Assembly: GCA_963762565.1 (NCBI GenBank)
Contig: CAVXLD010000001.1
Location: forward strand, 96,001-160,000
DNA length: 64,000 nt
DNA from: an uncultured Verrucomicrobiae bacterium
GTDB lineage: Bacteria > Verrucomicrobiota > Verrucomicrobiia > Chthoniobacterales > JAFAMB01
Reading direction: 5' to 3'
A program made the position numbers and the translations under genes. Positions 47,562 to 57,531 of this stretch are shown here, one piece after another (position 1 is the first letter of the stretch; every line of letters starts with the position of its first letter). Under the pieces are notes generated by a model that was not told the DNA's origin, searched no databases, and saw only the letters and a list, made by a program, of their open reading frames with translations.

Positions 47562-48260
47562 GTCTCGCGCCAGGTATAAGCCACGAGAACTGAATGCGTC
47601 TGGCAAATACTCGACGCTGAGACGTGCTCGCCGAAAAAGGTCCTTCCACTGATCGTGGTCTAACAAAAGCAACTCATGCCTTTCGACCGCATACCTGACA
47701 TCTATTCCATCTGCGAACAAATGATGCCCGATCAATATCGCGACATCCCCCTTCCTATCGCTCGTCATCAGGCGGCAAACCTTTCGCCGGTCGTCTGCTC
47801 CAGTAGCGATGTTGGCCTCGCCGGCACGCCACGCGTTAGGCTCGATAAAAGGCTCGATAAAGATGGCTCCTCCCGGGGCCAAATGGGCCTTGAAACAACC
47901 CAGGGCTGATAGAATCGCTTCAGCCGTTAGCAGGTGCCCAATCGCGCTGAACAGACAGATCAGAAGGTCGAACTTGCGCCCCAGCTCGAATCGCTGCATA
48001 TCGGCGACTTGAAAATTTCCATCGGGCCGTTTTTCGCTCGCGATCCTCACAAGAGCGGGCTCAAGATCGATACCGGCTACTTCGTATTCGGGCAAGAAGC
48101 GGAGGTGTTCGCCTGTGCCGCATGCGATGTCTAAGATTGTGCGTCCCTCGGGAACAAATCGACGAAAAAGCTCCCGTAACCGATCGGTTTCTCCCCGGTA
48201 ATCCTTCTTAGAGTAAACTAGGTAATAATATTCGGCGGAAGCAGAATACATAGCCTGCAT
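47544..48260 (-). CDS. Class I SAM methyltransferase (TylM1/DesVI-like)
   Basis: LDIACGTG, ADMQRFELGRKFDLLICLFSAIGHL, HLAPGG. Confidence 0.88.
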   Translation of the reverse strand: MQAMYSASAEYYYLVYSKKDYRGETDRLRELFRRFVPEGRTILDIACGTGEHLRFLPEYEVAGIDLEPALVRIASEKRPDGNFQVADMQRFELGRKFDLLICLFSAIGHLLTAEAILSALGCFKAHLAPGGAIFIEPFIEPNAWRAGEANIATGADDRRKVCRLMTSDRKGDVAILIGHHLFADGIDVRYAVERHELLLLDHDQWKDLFRRARLSVEYLPDAFSSRGLYLARDSGISS

Positions 48261-48446
48261 GGTAACAAATGCGCAGGCATTTGTGTACCATGCAGGCTAC
48301 CGCAGAATGATCCGGCAAAGCCGGACAATTCTGCTGAAATCTACAGAGAGAGATTCCGACAGCCGACTTTTCCGGCGTAGCCGGAGAAGTCGGCTCATAG
48401 CCTGCGCAGCCGAAAAATGCCTGCGCATTTTTCGGCTGCGCAGGCT
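48251..48446. repeat. Four-hairpin intergenic element
   Basis: Hairpins 48251-48299, 48302-48334, 48361-48395 and 48399-48446; a related hairpin lies at 51079-51113. Confidence 0.8.
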
Positions 48447-49837
48447 TAGTTTGCAGCCACTTCTTCAGACGGTTGAACCTGGCGTTTTTTGAAGTGGAGC
48501 TGGAAAATCCTGAGACCGTCCGTTTGGGTTATCGTCACTAAATATTCCTCAATCTGGACTTGTTCGCCCTGTTTGGGTAAGTGTCCGAGGAGCTGGACGA
48601 CATACCCGCCGATAGTGGCCACTTCGGGGTTCTCCAGGTGAAGATCAGCCAGCTCTTGGAGCTCGTAGAGGTTCAGTTGACCCTGGACGACGAACTCTTC
48701 TTCGTTGAGCCGGATAAATTCTCGAGCTGGTTCCTGATCGAACTCATCCTTGATTTCACCAACCAATTCTTCCAGCACATTGTCCATTGTTACAATCCCA
48801 ACCGCTCCCCCAAACTCATCCACTACCACCGCCAAATGCACTCTTTTTGCCAGGAATGTATTCAGCAGCTTATCCAATGGCATAAATTCCGGGACCGGTA
48901 GAAGATCGCGCTTGATCGCTAAAAGATCCGGCTTGGGCTTCTTCATCTCCTTCATCAGGTCTTTGATATGAATCAGACCAATCGTGTTGTCGAGATGGCC
49001 CTGAACCAAAGGGAAGCGAGTGTGTGCCGACTCGATCGCGACCTGAAGATTGGCTTCGAAGGAATCTTGGGCGTCCAAGTAGATCACATCTCCCCGCGGT
49101 GTCATAATATCTCGAACAACGCGGCGTCGAAAATCCAACGCGTTAATGAGGAGCTCCCTACTCAGCGCAGTAACCTCCGTTTTGGAATCGCTTTCGGTAA
49201 GGATAACCCGGAGTTCTTCCTCGCTATGGCCTAGCTCATTTTCGGCCACCGGATCCAGACGCAGAAGCTTCAGGATCTCCCTGGCCGAGACTTGCAGGAA
49301 CCAGATGGCGGGCCTGAAGATAAGGTAAAATAGATGTAACGGCGCGCACAGCCAGAGACTGGTCTCAAGAGCTTTCCGAATCGAGACGGTTTTCGGGGTT
49401 AATTCGCCAAGAACAATGTGAAAGTAGGTGATCAGAGCAAACGCCAATGTGATCGAGACGCCATCAACCACCGCTGGTGAGTTAATACCTACGTGAGAGA
49501 GGAGCGGTGAAAGCAGGCCGGCGACATAAGGTTGCCCGATCCAACCCAGGGCCAGGCTGGCTAGTGTGACTCCCAACTGAGTCGCCGATAGATAAGCATC
49601 CAGATTTGCGATGACATGCTTGGCTAAACGCGCCCTCCGATTCCCCTCCTCTTCAAGAAGATCAAGCTGGCTGGATCGGACTTTGACCAAGGCGAATTCC
49701 GAGGCCACAAAGAATCCATTCAGAAAAATCAGAAGCAGTATAACGAAGAGGTGGGTGAACACCCCACTAGGGGTAGTGTCCTCTGTCTCCGCACCCAGGA
49801 ATGGTAAAACCATCCCTAAAGAAATCGCCATGATCAT
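48446..49837 (-). CDS. Hemolysin-family CNNM/CBS/CorC transporter
   Basis: NGFFVASEFAL, LGELTPK, HTRFP, VVDEFGG, LEELVGEI. Confidence 0.95.
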   Translation of the reverse strand: MIMAISLGMVLPFLGAETEDTTPSGVFTHLFVILLLIFLNGFFVASEFALVKVRSSQLDLLEEEGNRRARLAKHVIANLDAYLSATQLGVTLASLALGWIGQPYVAGLLSPLLSHVGINSPAVVDGVSITLAFALITYFHIVLGELTPKTVSIRKALETSLWLCAPLHLFYLIFRPAIWFLQVSAREILKLLRLDPVAENELGHSEEELRVILTESDSKTEVTALSRELLINALDFRRRVVRDIMTPRGDVIYLDAQDSFEANLQVAIESAHTRFPLVQGHLDNTIGLIHIKDLMKEMKKPKPDLLAIKRDLLPVPEFMPLDKLLNTFLAKRVHLAVVVDEFGGAVGIVTMDNVLEELVGEIKDEFDQEPAREFIRLNEEEFVVQGQLNLYELQELADLHLENPEVATIGGYVVQLLGHLPKQGEQVQIEEYLVTITQTDGLRIFQLHFKKRQVQPSEEVAAN

Positions 49838-50146
49838 TGGAAATTAGGCCATTCTCAAGCACCAGGTATTGCTGTCGGTTCCATAGTCCGCCTTCGTCCC
49901 TTTCTGCGGGACTTCCGCCGTCGCTAAAGCTATGGCGGACAAGTCAGCGCGACAAGCCTACCTCGAAATGCCGAGAGAGCCTTGAAATGGCCGGTCTTTT
50001 TCGCAAGGAACGAGACCCGACATTTCGAGATCCTCGCGGGCTCAGCAATGAACTTACCCTCGATTACCAGCGATCTATCGACTGGACAGCATCGTTTACG
50101 CTGCTGCCACCTGACGGTCAAGAGTGAAGATCCCGCGGCTGCGGGA

Positions 50147-50416
50147 CTACCAACTCGATTTAGTGACTCCAGGAATCAATCCCTGGGAAGCACACTCCCG
50201 AAAAGCAATTCGGGATAGGCGAAAGCGCCGGTTGAAGCTACGGCGGCGCCCGCTTTGTTCACAGCGATTAACCAAGCGCGTCGGACTGGCGTCTCGCGGG
50301 AGCTGGGCGAGCCCTTCGTAGTCGCCTTTAGCCTTTAATTCGGCTCGTAGGGCGGCATACTTCTTCACCGTCTTCAGCTTCCGTTTGTTCCTTTCAATCC
50401 AAGCTTTCTTCGCCAT
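50147..50416 (-). CDS. rpsN: 30S ribosomal protein S14 (89-aa form)
   Basis: MAKKAW, LPRDASPTR, NRC..SGR, LSRIAFRE, IPGVTKSSW. Confidence 0.97.
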   Translation of the reverse strand: MAKKAWIERNKRKLKTVKKYAALRAELKAKGDYEGLAQLPRDASPTRLVNRCEQSGRRRSFNRRFRLSRIAFRECASQGLIPGVTKSSW

Positions 50417-50471
50417 AGAGGAGTGACGACCATACAGGGAAGCGCCCTCTTTTCAACGGAAAAATTAAGGG

Positions 50472-50713
50472 AAAGGAGCTAGGAGCCAGAATCTAGGATC
50501 TAGGAGAAAACGTGTAGGCGGGTTGGCGTATCGACGTTTCGGCGTGCGCTGGACGCCGCGATCGAATGGGATCCGCCTTCGCCAAGCCTTCGGCGCGACG
50601 GGCTTTATGGGACCTGTAGGACCTACCTGATTGACGCATACCTCCGGTGAGTCTAATCGGCTTTGCCACACCCACACGCGCGTCTCTCCTGGCTCCTGGA
50701 TTCTGGCTCCTTT
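50472..50713. repeat. GGAGCTA-family element with mixed internal repeat units
   Basis: Arms 50472-50507 / 50685-50713; internal GGCGTAT-like 8-mers and a TCCGCCTTCG..TTCGGCGCGAC unit. Confidence 0.85.
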
Positions 50714-50714
50714 C

Positions 50715-50891
50715 TTAGGGCGTCCGGCCGATCCAAGCAGGGATCTGAACAGGGATACTCGAACCGGAAACATAATCCTGGGAATAGCTGGCCGGAGCAT
50801 ACTCACGGTGACCGGCGATATAGACGAAAGCGAGGAGGTTCAGCGTTCCTACAGTGATGAAAGCGATCAGTGGCAAACGGAATTTTTTCAT
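50715..50891 (-). CDS. Small membrane-anchored protein (58 aa)
   Basis: Hand translation MKKFRLPLIAFITVGTLNLLAFVYIAGHREY...GRTP; below the ORF-track cutoff. Confidence 0.55.
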   Translation of the reverse strand: MKKFRLPLIAFITVGTLNLLAFVYIAGHREYAPASYSQDYVSGSSIPVQIPAWIGRTP

Positions 50892-51136
50892 GGACCGAGG
50901 CTAACGCCGGTCCGTGTTTCTATTAAATCGATAGATTATCTATGATTATCGTTTGTATCGATGTACCGCCTTGGGACGGATCCTTGCCGGCACTGACGAC
51001 GGTTCAACCGAAAGTGGACCTAGTGGACTGAGTGGACGTAGTTGCGAATGCCTTTGCTTGATAGACGCCCCTAAGGCAGCAGAAATACTGCGGAGTAGCC
51101 GGAGTGTTTCTGCCGTAGCCTGCTTCGGCGAGCAGC

Positions 51137-53551
51137 TTAATGATTCCAGAACTGGCGGAAAGCGTTGGACCAATTGCGGTCCTGGACCCGTTGGCGGGCG
51201 TGATCGCCCATCTGGCGGCGGAGTTCCGGGTCAGCTGCCAAGCGTCGGATCGCCTCAGTAAAGTCCTCTACATCCAGCGATCGCGTGATGAACCCGTCTA
51301 CCCCATCGGTGACAAGCTCAGCCGGACCGCCTTGATCGGAAACAACACAGGGTAAACCGGCAGCCTGAGCTTCCAGGACGACATTACCAAAGGTGTCGGT
51401 AGTACTCGGAAAAATGAAAACATCGCTCGAAGCGTAGGCAGCACCGAGCTCCTTTCCTTTCAAATAACCCGTATAGCAGGCTTCGGGTGCAATGTGCCGT
51501 AATTCTTTAAGGTAGGGGCCGTCACCAACAATCAATAGACGAACCGGGAGCTTCTCTTGTCGTAGTCGGTTCACGGCCTTTGCGGCGATATCGAGGTTTT
51601 TCTCCTTTGAAATTCGTCCCACATAAAGAAGTCCGATCTCTTCCGGAGCTTTGCCGAAATGGCTCCAAAACTTCGGATCACGGAGTCCCGGATTGAAAAG
51701 CCGGGTATCGATTCCTCGAGGAAAAATCTTCAGCCGCTCAGGAGCGATCCCGCGCCCAATCCATCGTTGCCGGTAGTACTCAGAGTTGACGTAGACCAAA
51801 TCAAGCTGGGAGTAGAACCACTGCATGAAATTCCAGGCCAATGTTTCCATATAGTTGTCCTGGGTGAGAATCCGGACGTACTGGGGAAAGTCCGTGTGAT
51901 AGATGCCCACGGCGCGTATATCGAGAATTTTGGCTGCAACCAATGCGGTTAAACCGACTGGCCCCGGCGTACTGATAATCAACTCGGTGAATCGCTCACT
52001 CTGGACGTAGTCGATCATATGCAACACCGGCGGGAAGCTCAGCTTTTGCAACTCGTATTCTGGCAACTCGAACTCGCCAATCGGAACAAAGTTCTTGATT
52101 GGGATATCAGCAATTCCGATCTGCTGACGCGAAGTGACGACAATGAGATCGGCTCCACTTTCCAGGCCGGCCGCCGTCATTTTTCGGATCGTAGTGGTGA
52201 CGCCGTTTACGTCTTCCAAGGTGTCGGTAAACCAAGCCCGTTTCGTGTTTTGCAGAACGTCCGGGACGAAATTTACGGTACCTAAACAAATGTCGGTCAA
52301 TCGGCTCCGGGACGGCGCCTGGCTATGGTAGCCGTAGAAATAGGGGCCCAGCAGTAAAGCGAGCGGCGTCAAAGCACTGAGCGTTTGCACAGCGTCCATC
52401 ACGTTGCCGGCAGAGATTTGCTGGACAAAACGATCAAAGAACCGAAACCCGAGCTGGTTAAAGACGGTAGCAACGAGCAAGAATGCTCGTCGTTCGGGTT
52501 CCTGAACTCCCTGGGTCTCCTTCGCAAGTTGAGCTTGGACGTCCTGATTCCCGAAATAATTAGCGAGCTCAGGCCAGAGGGACAGGTTCACCGGCTTGGC
52601 TAACTCGAAGATCTTGCCGGAGACGATTCCGTTAAAGATGAGACCGATCTTCTCGCCAATACTGAAATGGGTGGGGTTTTTGCCTTCTAAAAACCGCGAG
52701 ATAACGACCTCCAAGAAACCCAGATTCGGGCTAACTGCAGCTGAGAACTTGTCCTTGGCGAATTGGTACGCGGTATTGTAGAGGCCGTGAGCAATCACCA
52801 ACGGGGTACCGCCGAACCCGCGAGTGACGCAATCACCATGCTCCAAGTAGTGCAGAAAATCGCGGATAGATTCTGCATCCGCTGTTTCTGTGTAGGCGGA
52901 ACCGGGAAAGATTCCGGCATGATCATCGGAGCCAGCCACCAGCACCTTACGCCACGGTTCTGGATGAGTTGGCGCAAGTTTTTGGCGCTCGGCAAATTCA
53001 TCGATCCTTTCCGGCGTCAGCGAACGAAAAACGAAGCGGGCAACCTCGCTCAACAAGCTGTCTCGCAGACCGTTGACCCCTTCGAAATGCTTGAACAGCA
53101 GGATCAGCTTTTGGACGTGATCGGCAGTCAGACGACGGTCTTTGTCGTAGAAAGGATGGGCCACAGCATGGCAGATCCCATTGCGACTTAGATACTCTCG
53201 TACCTCGAAAATATTCCGGCGTAGTTCCTGGATCTCGGAATGCTGCGTTTCGGAGATATTCCAAACGAGCAGATGCACTGACACACGGTCGTCGGGGAAC
53301 TCAGCTCCGACTTCGACACTGACGAAGCTGCCGGGTAAGCTGGCGATTTCCAGACAACCGTCGATGCGATTGTGGTCAGTGAAAGTCACAAAAGTCATCC
53401 CCTTCTCTTTGAGCCGATGATAAAGGGCGCGCGGAGCAGAATAACTATCGGGAAAATCGAATCGACGAAAGAGCCACTCAGCGGATCGGTCGCTAAACCG
53501 GGAGTGGAGATGGAGATCGACTTTAGCTGCCATCCTAGTTTCTGCGGACAT
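51137..53551 (-). CDS. PHP-like domain fused to a GT4 glycosyltransferase
   Basis: DLHLHS, TDHN, HPF, GSDDH; VNGV, YVGRISKEKN, DTFGNVVLEAQAAGLP. Confidence 0.9.
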   Translation of the reverse strand: MSAETRMAAKVDLHLHSRFSDRSAEWLFRRFDFPDSYSAPRALYHRLKEKGMTFVTFTDHNRIDGCLEIASLPGSFVSVEVGAEFPDDRVSVHLLVWNISETQHSEIQELRRNIFEVREYLSRNGICHAVAHPFYDKDRRLTADHVQKLILLFKHFEGVNGLRDSLLSEVARFVFRSLTPERIDEFAERQKLAPTHPEPWRKVLVAGSDDHAGIFPGSAYTETADAESIRDFLHYLEHGDCVTRGFGGTPLVIAHGLYNTAYQFAKDKFSAAVSPNLGFLEVVISRFLEGKNPTHFSIGEKIGLIFNGIVSGKIFELAKPVNLSLWPELANYFGNQDVQAQLAKETQGVQEPERRAFLLVATVFNQLGFRFFDRFVQQISAGNVMDAVQTLSALTPLALLLGPYFYGYHSQAPSRSRLTDICLGTVNFVPDVLQNTKRAWFTDTLEDVNGVTTTIRKMTAAGLESGADLIVVTSRQQIGIADIPIKNFVPIGEFELPEYELQKLSFPPVLHMIDYVQSERFTELIISTPGPVGLTALVAAKILDIRAVGIYHTDFPQYVRILTQDNYMETLAWNFMQWFYSQLDLVYVNSEYYRQRWIGRGIAPERLKIFPRGIDTRLFNPGLRDPKFWSHFGKAPEEIGLLYVGRISKEKNLDIAAKAVNRLRQEKLPVRLLIVGDGPYLKELRHIAPEACYTGYLKGKELGAAYASSDVFIFPSTTDTFGNVVLEAQAAGLPCVVSDQGGPAELVTDGVDGFITRSLDVEDFTEAIRRLAADPELRRQMGDHARQRVQDRNWSNAFRQFWNH

Positions 53552-53593
53552 GACACTAGCTCACGCTGTAGCGCTGGCAAATAATTAGATCGA

Positions 53594-53724
53594 AGCGCCC
53601 CGTGGAGCGTGCCTCGCTTGCGAGTCCGACGAACCACCCATTGCGTATTTCCTCTTTCCGCGGGCTGTCAGGCGAAAATATCTCAGAGTCGGCCTTGCAA
53701 GCGAGGCACGCTCCACGGGGCGCT
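53594..53724. repeat. GTGGAGCGTGCCTCGCTTGCG-family IR element
   Basis: 31-bp arms 53594-53624 / 53694-53724 (one mismatch) touching the upstream stop; other copies at 59761-59789 (solo) and 62616-62794. Confidence 0.88.
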
Positions 53725-54487
53725 ACTTCCCCACCTCAACGCTCGCCGCCTTGAGATGATTGGCGATAAACTTTTCGTACGATAACGGTTGCCGGTCCTG
53801 AAGAGCAGCGGTGACCAAGCTCTTAACATGGGACCAAACTGCGGGAATCTCGCAATCTGCGGGGTGAATCCCGATCCGCAGCAACGGTTTATCTCGTAAC
53901 CGAGAAAGCAGACCTTGGTTCCAAGCCAGGCTCACCATCCGCCTCCAAGGGGCTCGAGTGCTCCACACCAACGATCGTGAGTAATAATTGTGAACCCCGT
54001 CAAAAACTTTAACGGAGCCCACATTGGTAATGTAAGAAAACCCCACCTTGCGGACAGCGGCTTCCGCTTCGTAGCCCAAAAGCCAAGCCGGTGCTACGAA
54101 CCCGTTCAGCTTTCGGTCCAGGAATGCCAAGTCCTCAATACCCATTTGGAGGCGGGAAATCGCTTCATCCCTGGCGAGATCGAAAAATTCTCCTTCACCG
54201 GCCGTGTACACTTGAGTCGTGAATTTGGTAATACCGGCATCCGTTGGTTTGGGATTGCGAGCGTGATAATAGCCGTGCAGCACGGGTTCGTAACCTTGTC
54301 GTACTCGATCTGATACCCACTCTTTGAATGCAACGTTATCCCGGACCGGCGCGTTGTGGTGATGGTTTGGGATGACCAGTAACGAGCCCTCGGAGACACC
54401 CAGGCTGCGAAGGGCCTCTATAATTTTGTCACAGCTCGCCTGAGTCAAAGGCGATACATCATGAACGGAAACGACGAGAGCTCTCAT
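53723..54487 (-). CDS. Polysaccharide deacetylase-like protein (DUF2334)
   Basis: VSVHDVSP, LHGYYH, GEGEF, FVAPAW, IHPAD. Confidence 0.85.
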   Translation of the reverse strand: MRALVVSVHDVSPLTQASCDKIIEALRSLGVSEGSLLVIPNHHHNAPVRDNVAFKEWVSDRVRQGYEPVLHGYYHARNPKPTDAGITKFTTQVYTAGEGEFFDLARDEAISRLQMGIEDLAFLDRKLNGFVAPAWLLGYEAEAAVRKVGFSYITNVGSVKVFDGVHNYYSRSLVWSTRAPWRRMVSLAWNQGLLSRLRDKPLLRIGIHPADCEIPAVWSHVKSLVTAALQDRQPLSYEKFIANHLKAASVEVGK

Positions 54488-55961
54488 AAAAGTCAGACAA
54501 ACGCTGGCGAAGCCCGAAAACGAGACAGAGTGCACCGCTCACAATCGGAAGCCAATCTCCAAAAGAACCGTAGGGCGTCATATCATTCGCCACCGGAAAG
54601 TCGAGGCTATATGTGGACAATAGACGTGTCCTCGGCGGCGCCTCCTTTACCACTCTGCCGCTAGCGGTCTGCATAAAGGCTCCGGCTCGATCGGACTCAA
54701 AGATGATAGGCCTTCCGAGGGAGACGCCCCAGCAACGAAGGTTCTCGCTAAATTGTTCCTCACCAATCGCTGTCCCTTTCGGAGTATCAACCAAGACAAC
54801 AAATCCTTGAGCCGGGACCTTGAGCCCGGCTTTGAGCGCCTTTAACGACATGCCTTCCTGGTTAATGAATGGAAGTAGCGCAACACCTTTGACGGAAAAG
54901 CTCTGAAGATTCTTGGGAACCTGATCTGCTAAGATTTGAAAACCGGGATTCTTTTGAAACGAGAGCACACTTTTGACTGTGGTCGGAAGATAGGCGGAAT
55001 AACCAGAGATGGGTGCATTACTAGCGGCGGCTACCCCTGTGATTACGCCGACATCGGGCGCCGCTGACTTCCGATCGAAGCTCTTAGATTCTATCCCCCC
55101 TTCAGTGATTCGCCGCCAAACCAGCAAATCCGATTTCAAAGCCGCTACTCCAGGAAGCAAACTGTTGAGCTCGCTCGCGCTGGATCCGGGCGATGCCGTG
55201 ATGCTAATCCTGAGCTGGAGAGGTTGCGGTCGAGGCTGAGCAAATTGGAAACCGGCGGCGGCAATGACGAAGAGCATCGCCAAAGTAAAAACGATGTCGA
55301 AACGGGCCGCCCAGTTCATCCTCCCCGGCTGCAATGCGAGCCGCCGAATCGCCAGAAAAATGATCGCATTGGCAAATACCGCGATGAAACTCAAACCGAA
55401 CGGACCCGTGACTCTAACAATTTGGAGGAGCGGAAGATTTGCGGCGATCGGCAAGCCGACTGGATTCCAAGCGGTCAAGATCATTCCGCGACACCATTCT
55501 AGGAACGTCCATGAACTTGCGATCAGAACCGCCTGACGGAGATGCGCGGTGGAAACACGCCACGCCTCGGCATTACCGGGCGCCCCCATAAAAATCGGCT
55601 GAAGCCCTTTTTTGCGCTTCTTTTCATCGGGTTTAGCCAGCTCCGGGAGCTTACAGAATCGCCAGACGAACCAACTCCAAACGATACCTAGAAGGCCAAG
55701 CACACCCAGAATCGTTCCGAGCTCTTGATACCGATGTTCTTTCCACAGCCAGTGAAACGTGATGAGAGCAAAGCTCGTGGAAAACAGGGCGCCCTGAACG
55801 ATCACCATTCCCGCTCTTCCTCTTAGGGAAAGCAAAGAGAATAGGATCGGAACAAAAGCAACCCAAATAAGCCAAGACAAGTTCCAGGGAGGCAGACCTA
55901 GGGCAAGCAAAGCGCCCGCAAGAAGACTCAATAGGAGCTGCCACAACCAAGCCAATCTCAT
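54459..55961 (-). CDS. Lnt-like membrane protein with degenerate catalytic motifs
   Basis: Lnt-type TM motifs (PPWNLSWLIWVAFVP, WTFLEWCRG..W, GPFGLSF, TPYGSFGDW) but VWRR, no KxxLVPFGE, and INQE instead of WPE/K/ICYE; ATGA overlap with the upstream gene. Confidence 0.72.
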   Translation of the reverse strand: MRLAWLWQLLLSLLAGALLALGLPPWNLSWLIWVAFVPILFSLLSLRGRAGMVIVQGALFSTSFALITFHWLWKEHRYQELGTILGVLGLLGIVWSWFVWRFCKLPELAKPDEKKRKKGLQPIFMGAPGNAEAWRVSTAHLRQAVLIASSWTFLEWCRGMILTAWNPVGLPIAANLPLLQIVRVTGPFGLSFIAVFANAIIFLAIRRLALQPGRMNWAARFDIVFTLAMLFVIAAAGFQFAQPRPQPLQLRISITASPGSSASELNSLLPGVAALKSDLLVWRRITEGGIESKSFDRKSAAPDVGVITGVAAASNAPISGYSAYLPTTVKSVLSFQKNPGFQILADQVPKNLQSFSVKGVALLPFINQEGMSLKALKAGLKVPAQGFVVLVDTPKGTAIGEEQFSENLRCWGVSLGRPIIFESDRAGAFMQTASGRVVKEAPPRTRLLSTYSLDFPVANDMTPYGSFGDWLPIVSGALCLVFGLRQRLSDFYESSRRFRS

Positions 55962-57157
55962 GACGCCCCCTTTCGGCGGAGCTCGATAAAGGTTCGCCAA
56001 ATTAATAGAACGATGAGCGGATAAATCGCCGGGTGAAATCGTTGAGGAAGCCAAGGCGACGAAAACATAAAAAGGAGCCCTTCAAGCATGGCCAGGAACA
56101 AATAAAGCCGGGGCATGAATACCTTATTGGCCGAAAAAAAAAGCAATCCGAGGCCTGCAACTAAATGGGTGGGTACAAGCCAAGCCACGTTCCAATTCTG
56201 ATATGCCTCCCAGTGCAAGGTGTTCGCCGCCAGCACAACTAAGAACAGTCCGGTAAAACCGAACACCATATAAATGACCGCTGAAATCAATCGAGACGCC
56301 TTGCGTCCGCGCAACGCCCATAGTCCGATCCAGGCGATAAGCACGGCAGAAAATACAATCTCCGGATCGAATGCTCGAGGTATTCTTGGCAGAGGACGAG
56401 CTGGAAACAGCCGAACCGGCGCCTGGCCAAAAGCATCATCATTAATTTTAGTCTGGCATACCGCGGACTCGAGGTTTGCCGGCAGAAAACAGGCTTCCCG
56501 AGGCTGAACCAATCGATCAACCCCAGCCCCCAGCAATAAATAAATGCCAAAGCGAATCCAGGGAATCCGATCCAGGTAAGGATCCAACATTTGGCGAAAG
56601 GTTACTCCGGCGACAGTCTTGTCTGCCACAGGCGTTCCGATGATTTTCTCAAAAGCGTCTCGCACTCGGGTTGAGCAGTTATCAAGGAGAAAATCGTATC
56701 GATAGTAGCGATTCTCTGGGGCGAGATTCGTCTCCAGCGCCTCGAACAAGCTCTGTTTTTGTTCAGGGGTTAGATTTAGTTGGGCTTCAGTTACGCCTTG
56801 ACCCAGAGCACCATGCTCCTCGATGTCCGCGGCTCCTTGATCCACCGAAAGCTGGTAAAGAAGGTCGCCTCGCGCAAATCGGAGGTAGAAATTGCCCACA
56901 CTCATGTCAAACGTCCCAAAGTTGTAGAGCCGATCAAATCCAAGTTCTGGATCCAGTATCCGGATCGCGCTGTGTCCGAAAGCTGTATACAGCTCATCAC
57001 CAGGTGAACAGGTCACCAGAGAAATCTTGGTGGCAGGGCTGAGCGCAGGAAGTCCGCCCGGTTGGTTCTCTTCGGCAGCGCGAGCACTCCAACTGAGCAG
57101 GATTAAGGTGGCAAACAGGCCGCAAAAAATACATTTCCAGTCGGTAAACGCCCTCAT
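55958..57157 (-). CDS. DUF4105 / Lnb-like lipoprotein N-acyltransferase
   Basis: SLVTCSPG.ELYTAFGHSAIRI, YNFGTF, YRYDFLLDNCSTR, C-terminal TM bundle with NWN..W..P. Confidence 0.82.
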   Translation of the reverse strand: MRAFTDWKCIFCGLFATLILLSWSARAAEENQPGGLPALSPATKISLVTCSPGDELYTAFGHSAIRILDPELGFDRLYNFGTFDMSVGNFYLRFARGDLLYQLSVDQGAADIEEHGALGQGVTEAQLNLTPEQKQSLFEALETNLAPENRYYRYDFLLDNCSTRVRDAFEKIIGTPVADKTVAGVTFRQMLDPYLDRIPWIRFGIYLLLGAGVDRLVQPREACFLPANLESAVCQTKINDDAFGQAPVRLFPARPLPRIPRAFDPEIVFSAVLIAWIGLWALRGRKASRLISAVIYMVFGFTGLFLVVLAANTLHWEAYQNWNVAWLVPTHLVAGLGLLFFSANKVFMPRLYLFLAMLEGLLFMFSSPWLPQRFHPAIYPLIVLLIWRTFIELRRKGAS

Positions 57158-57296
57158 TGGCGGACTCTGCGATATTTCAACGAGCATCCGTACGCCGGTT
57201 CTTGCGGCAAGGACCAAGACTCTGGCACGAGAAAATCTTCCGTCCAGTACTTTGGTAGGGGGGAACGCCGGGAACGAGCTAGAACGCCGGGAACGC

Positions 57297-57509
57297 TGGT
57301 AGGGCGAGGCTCCCGAACCTACACAAAGGGTTAGCAAAGGCTAAACTCCGAGGCGAATCGCTGATACGCTGTACCGACAAACGCGCCGAGCCGTGGCCCA
57401 GCGATAGATCACGGCTCGGCGCGCTTCATGGCCTATGAACACCGTTCGCCAGGTGACGTACATGGCCCTTCGCGATAGCGATGGATTCTTCGGGAGCCTC
57501 GCCCCACCA
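57297..57509. repeat. GGGCGAGGCTCCCG-family REP-like element
   Basis: Arms 57297-57317 / 57489-57509; internal hairpin 57383-57422 nearly identical to 18481-18520. Confidence 0.88.
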
Positions 57510-57531
57510 ATGATTGTAGCCTAAATCCTCC

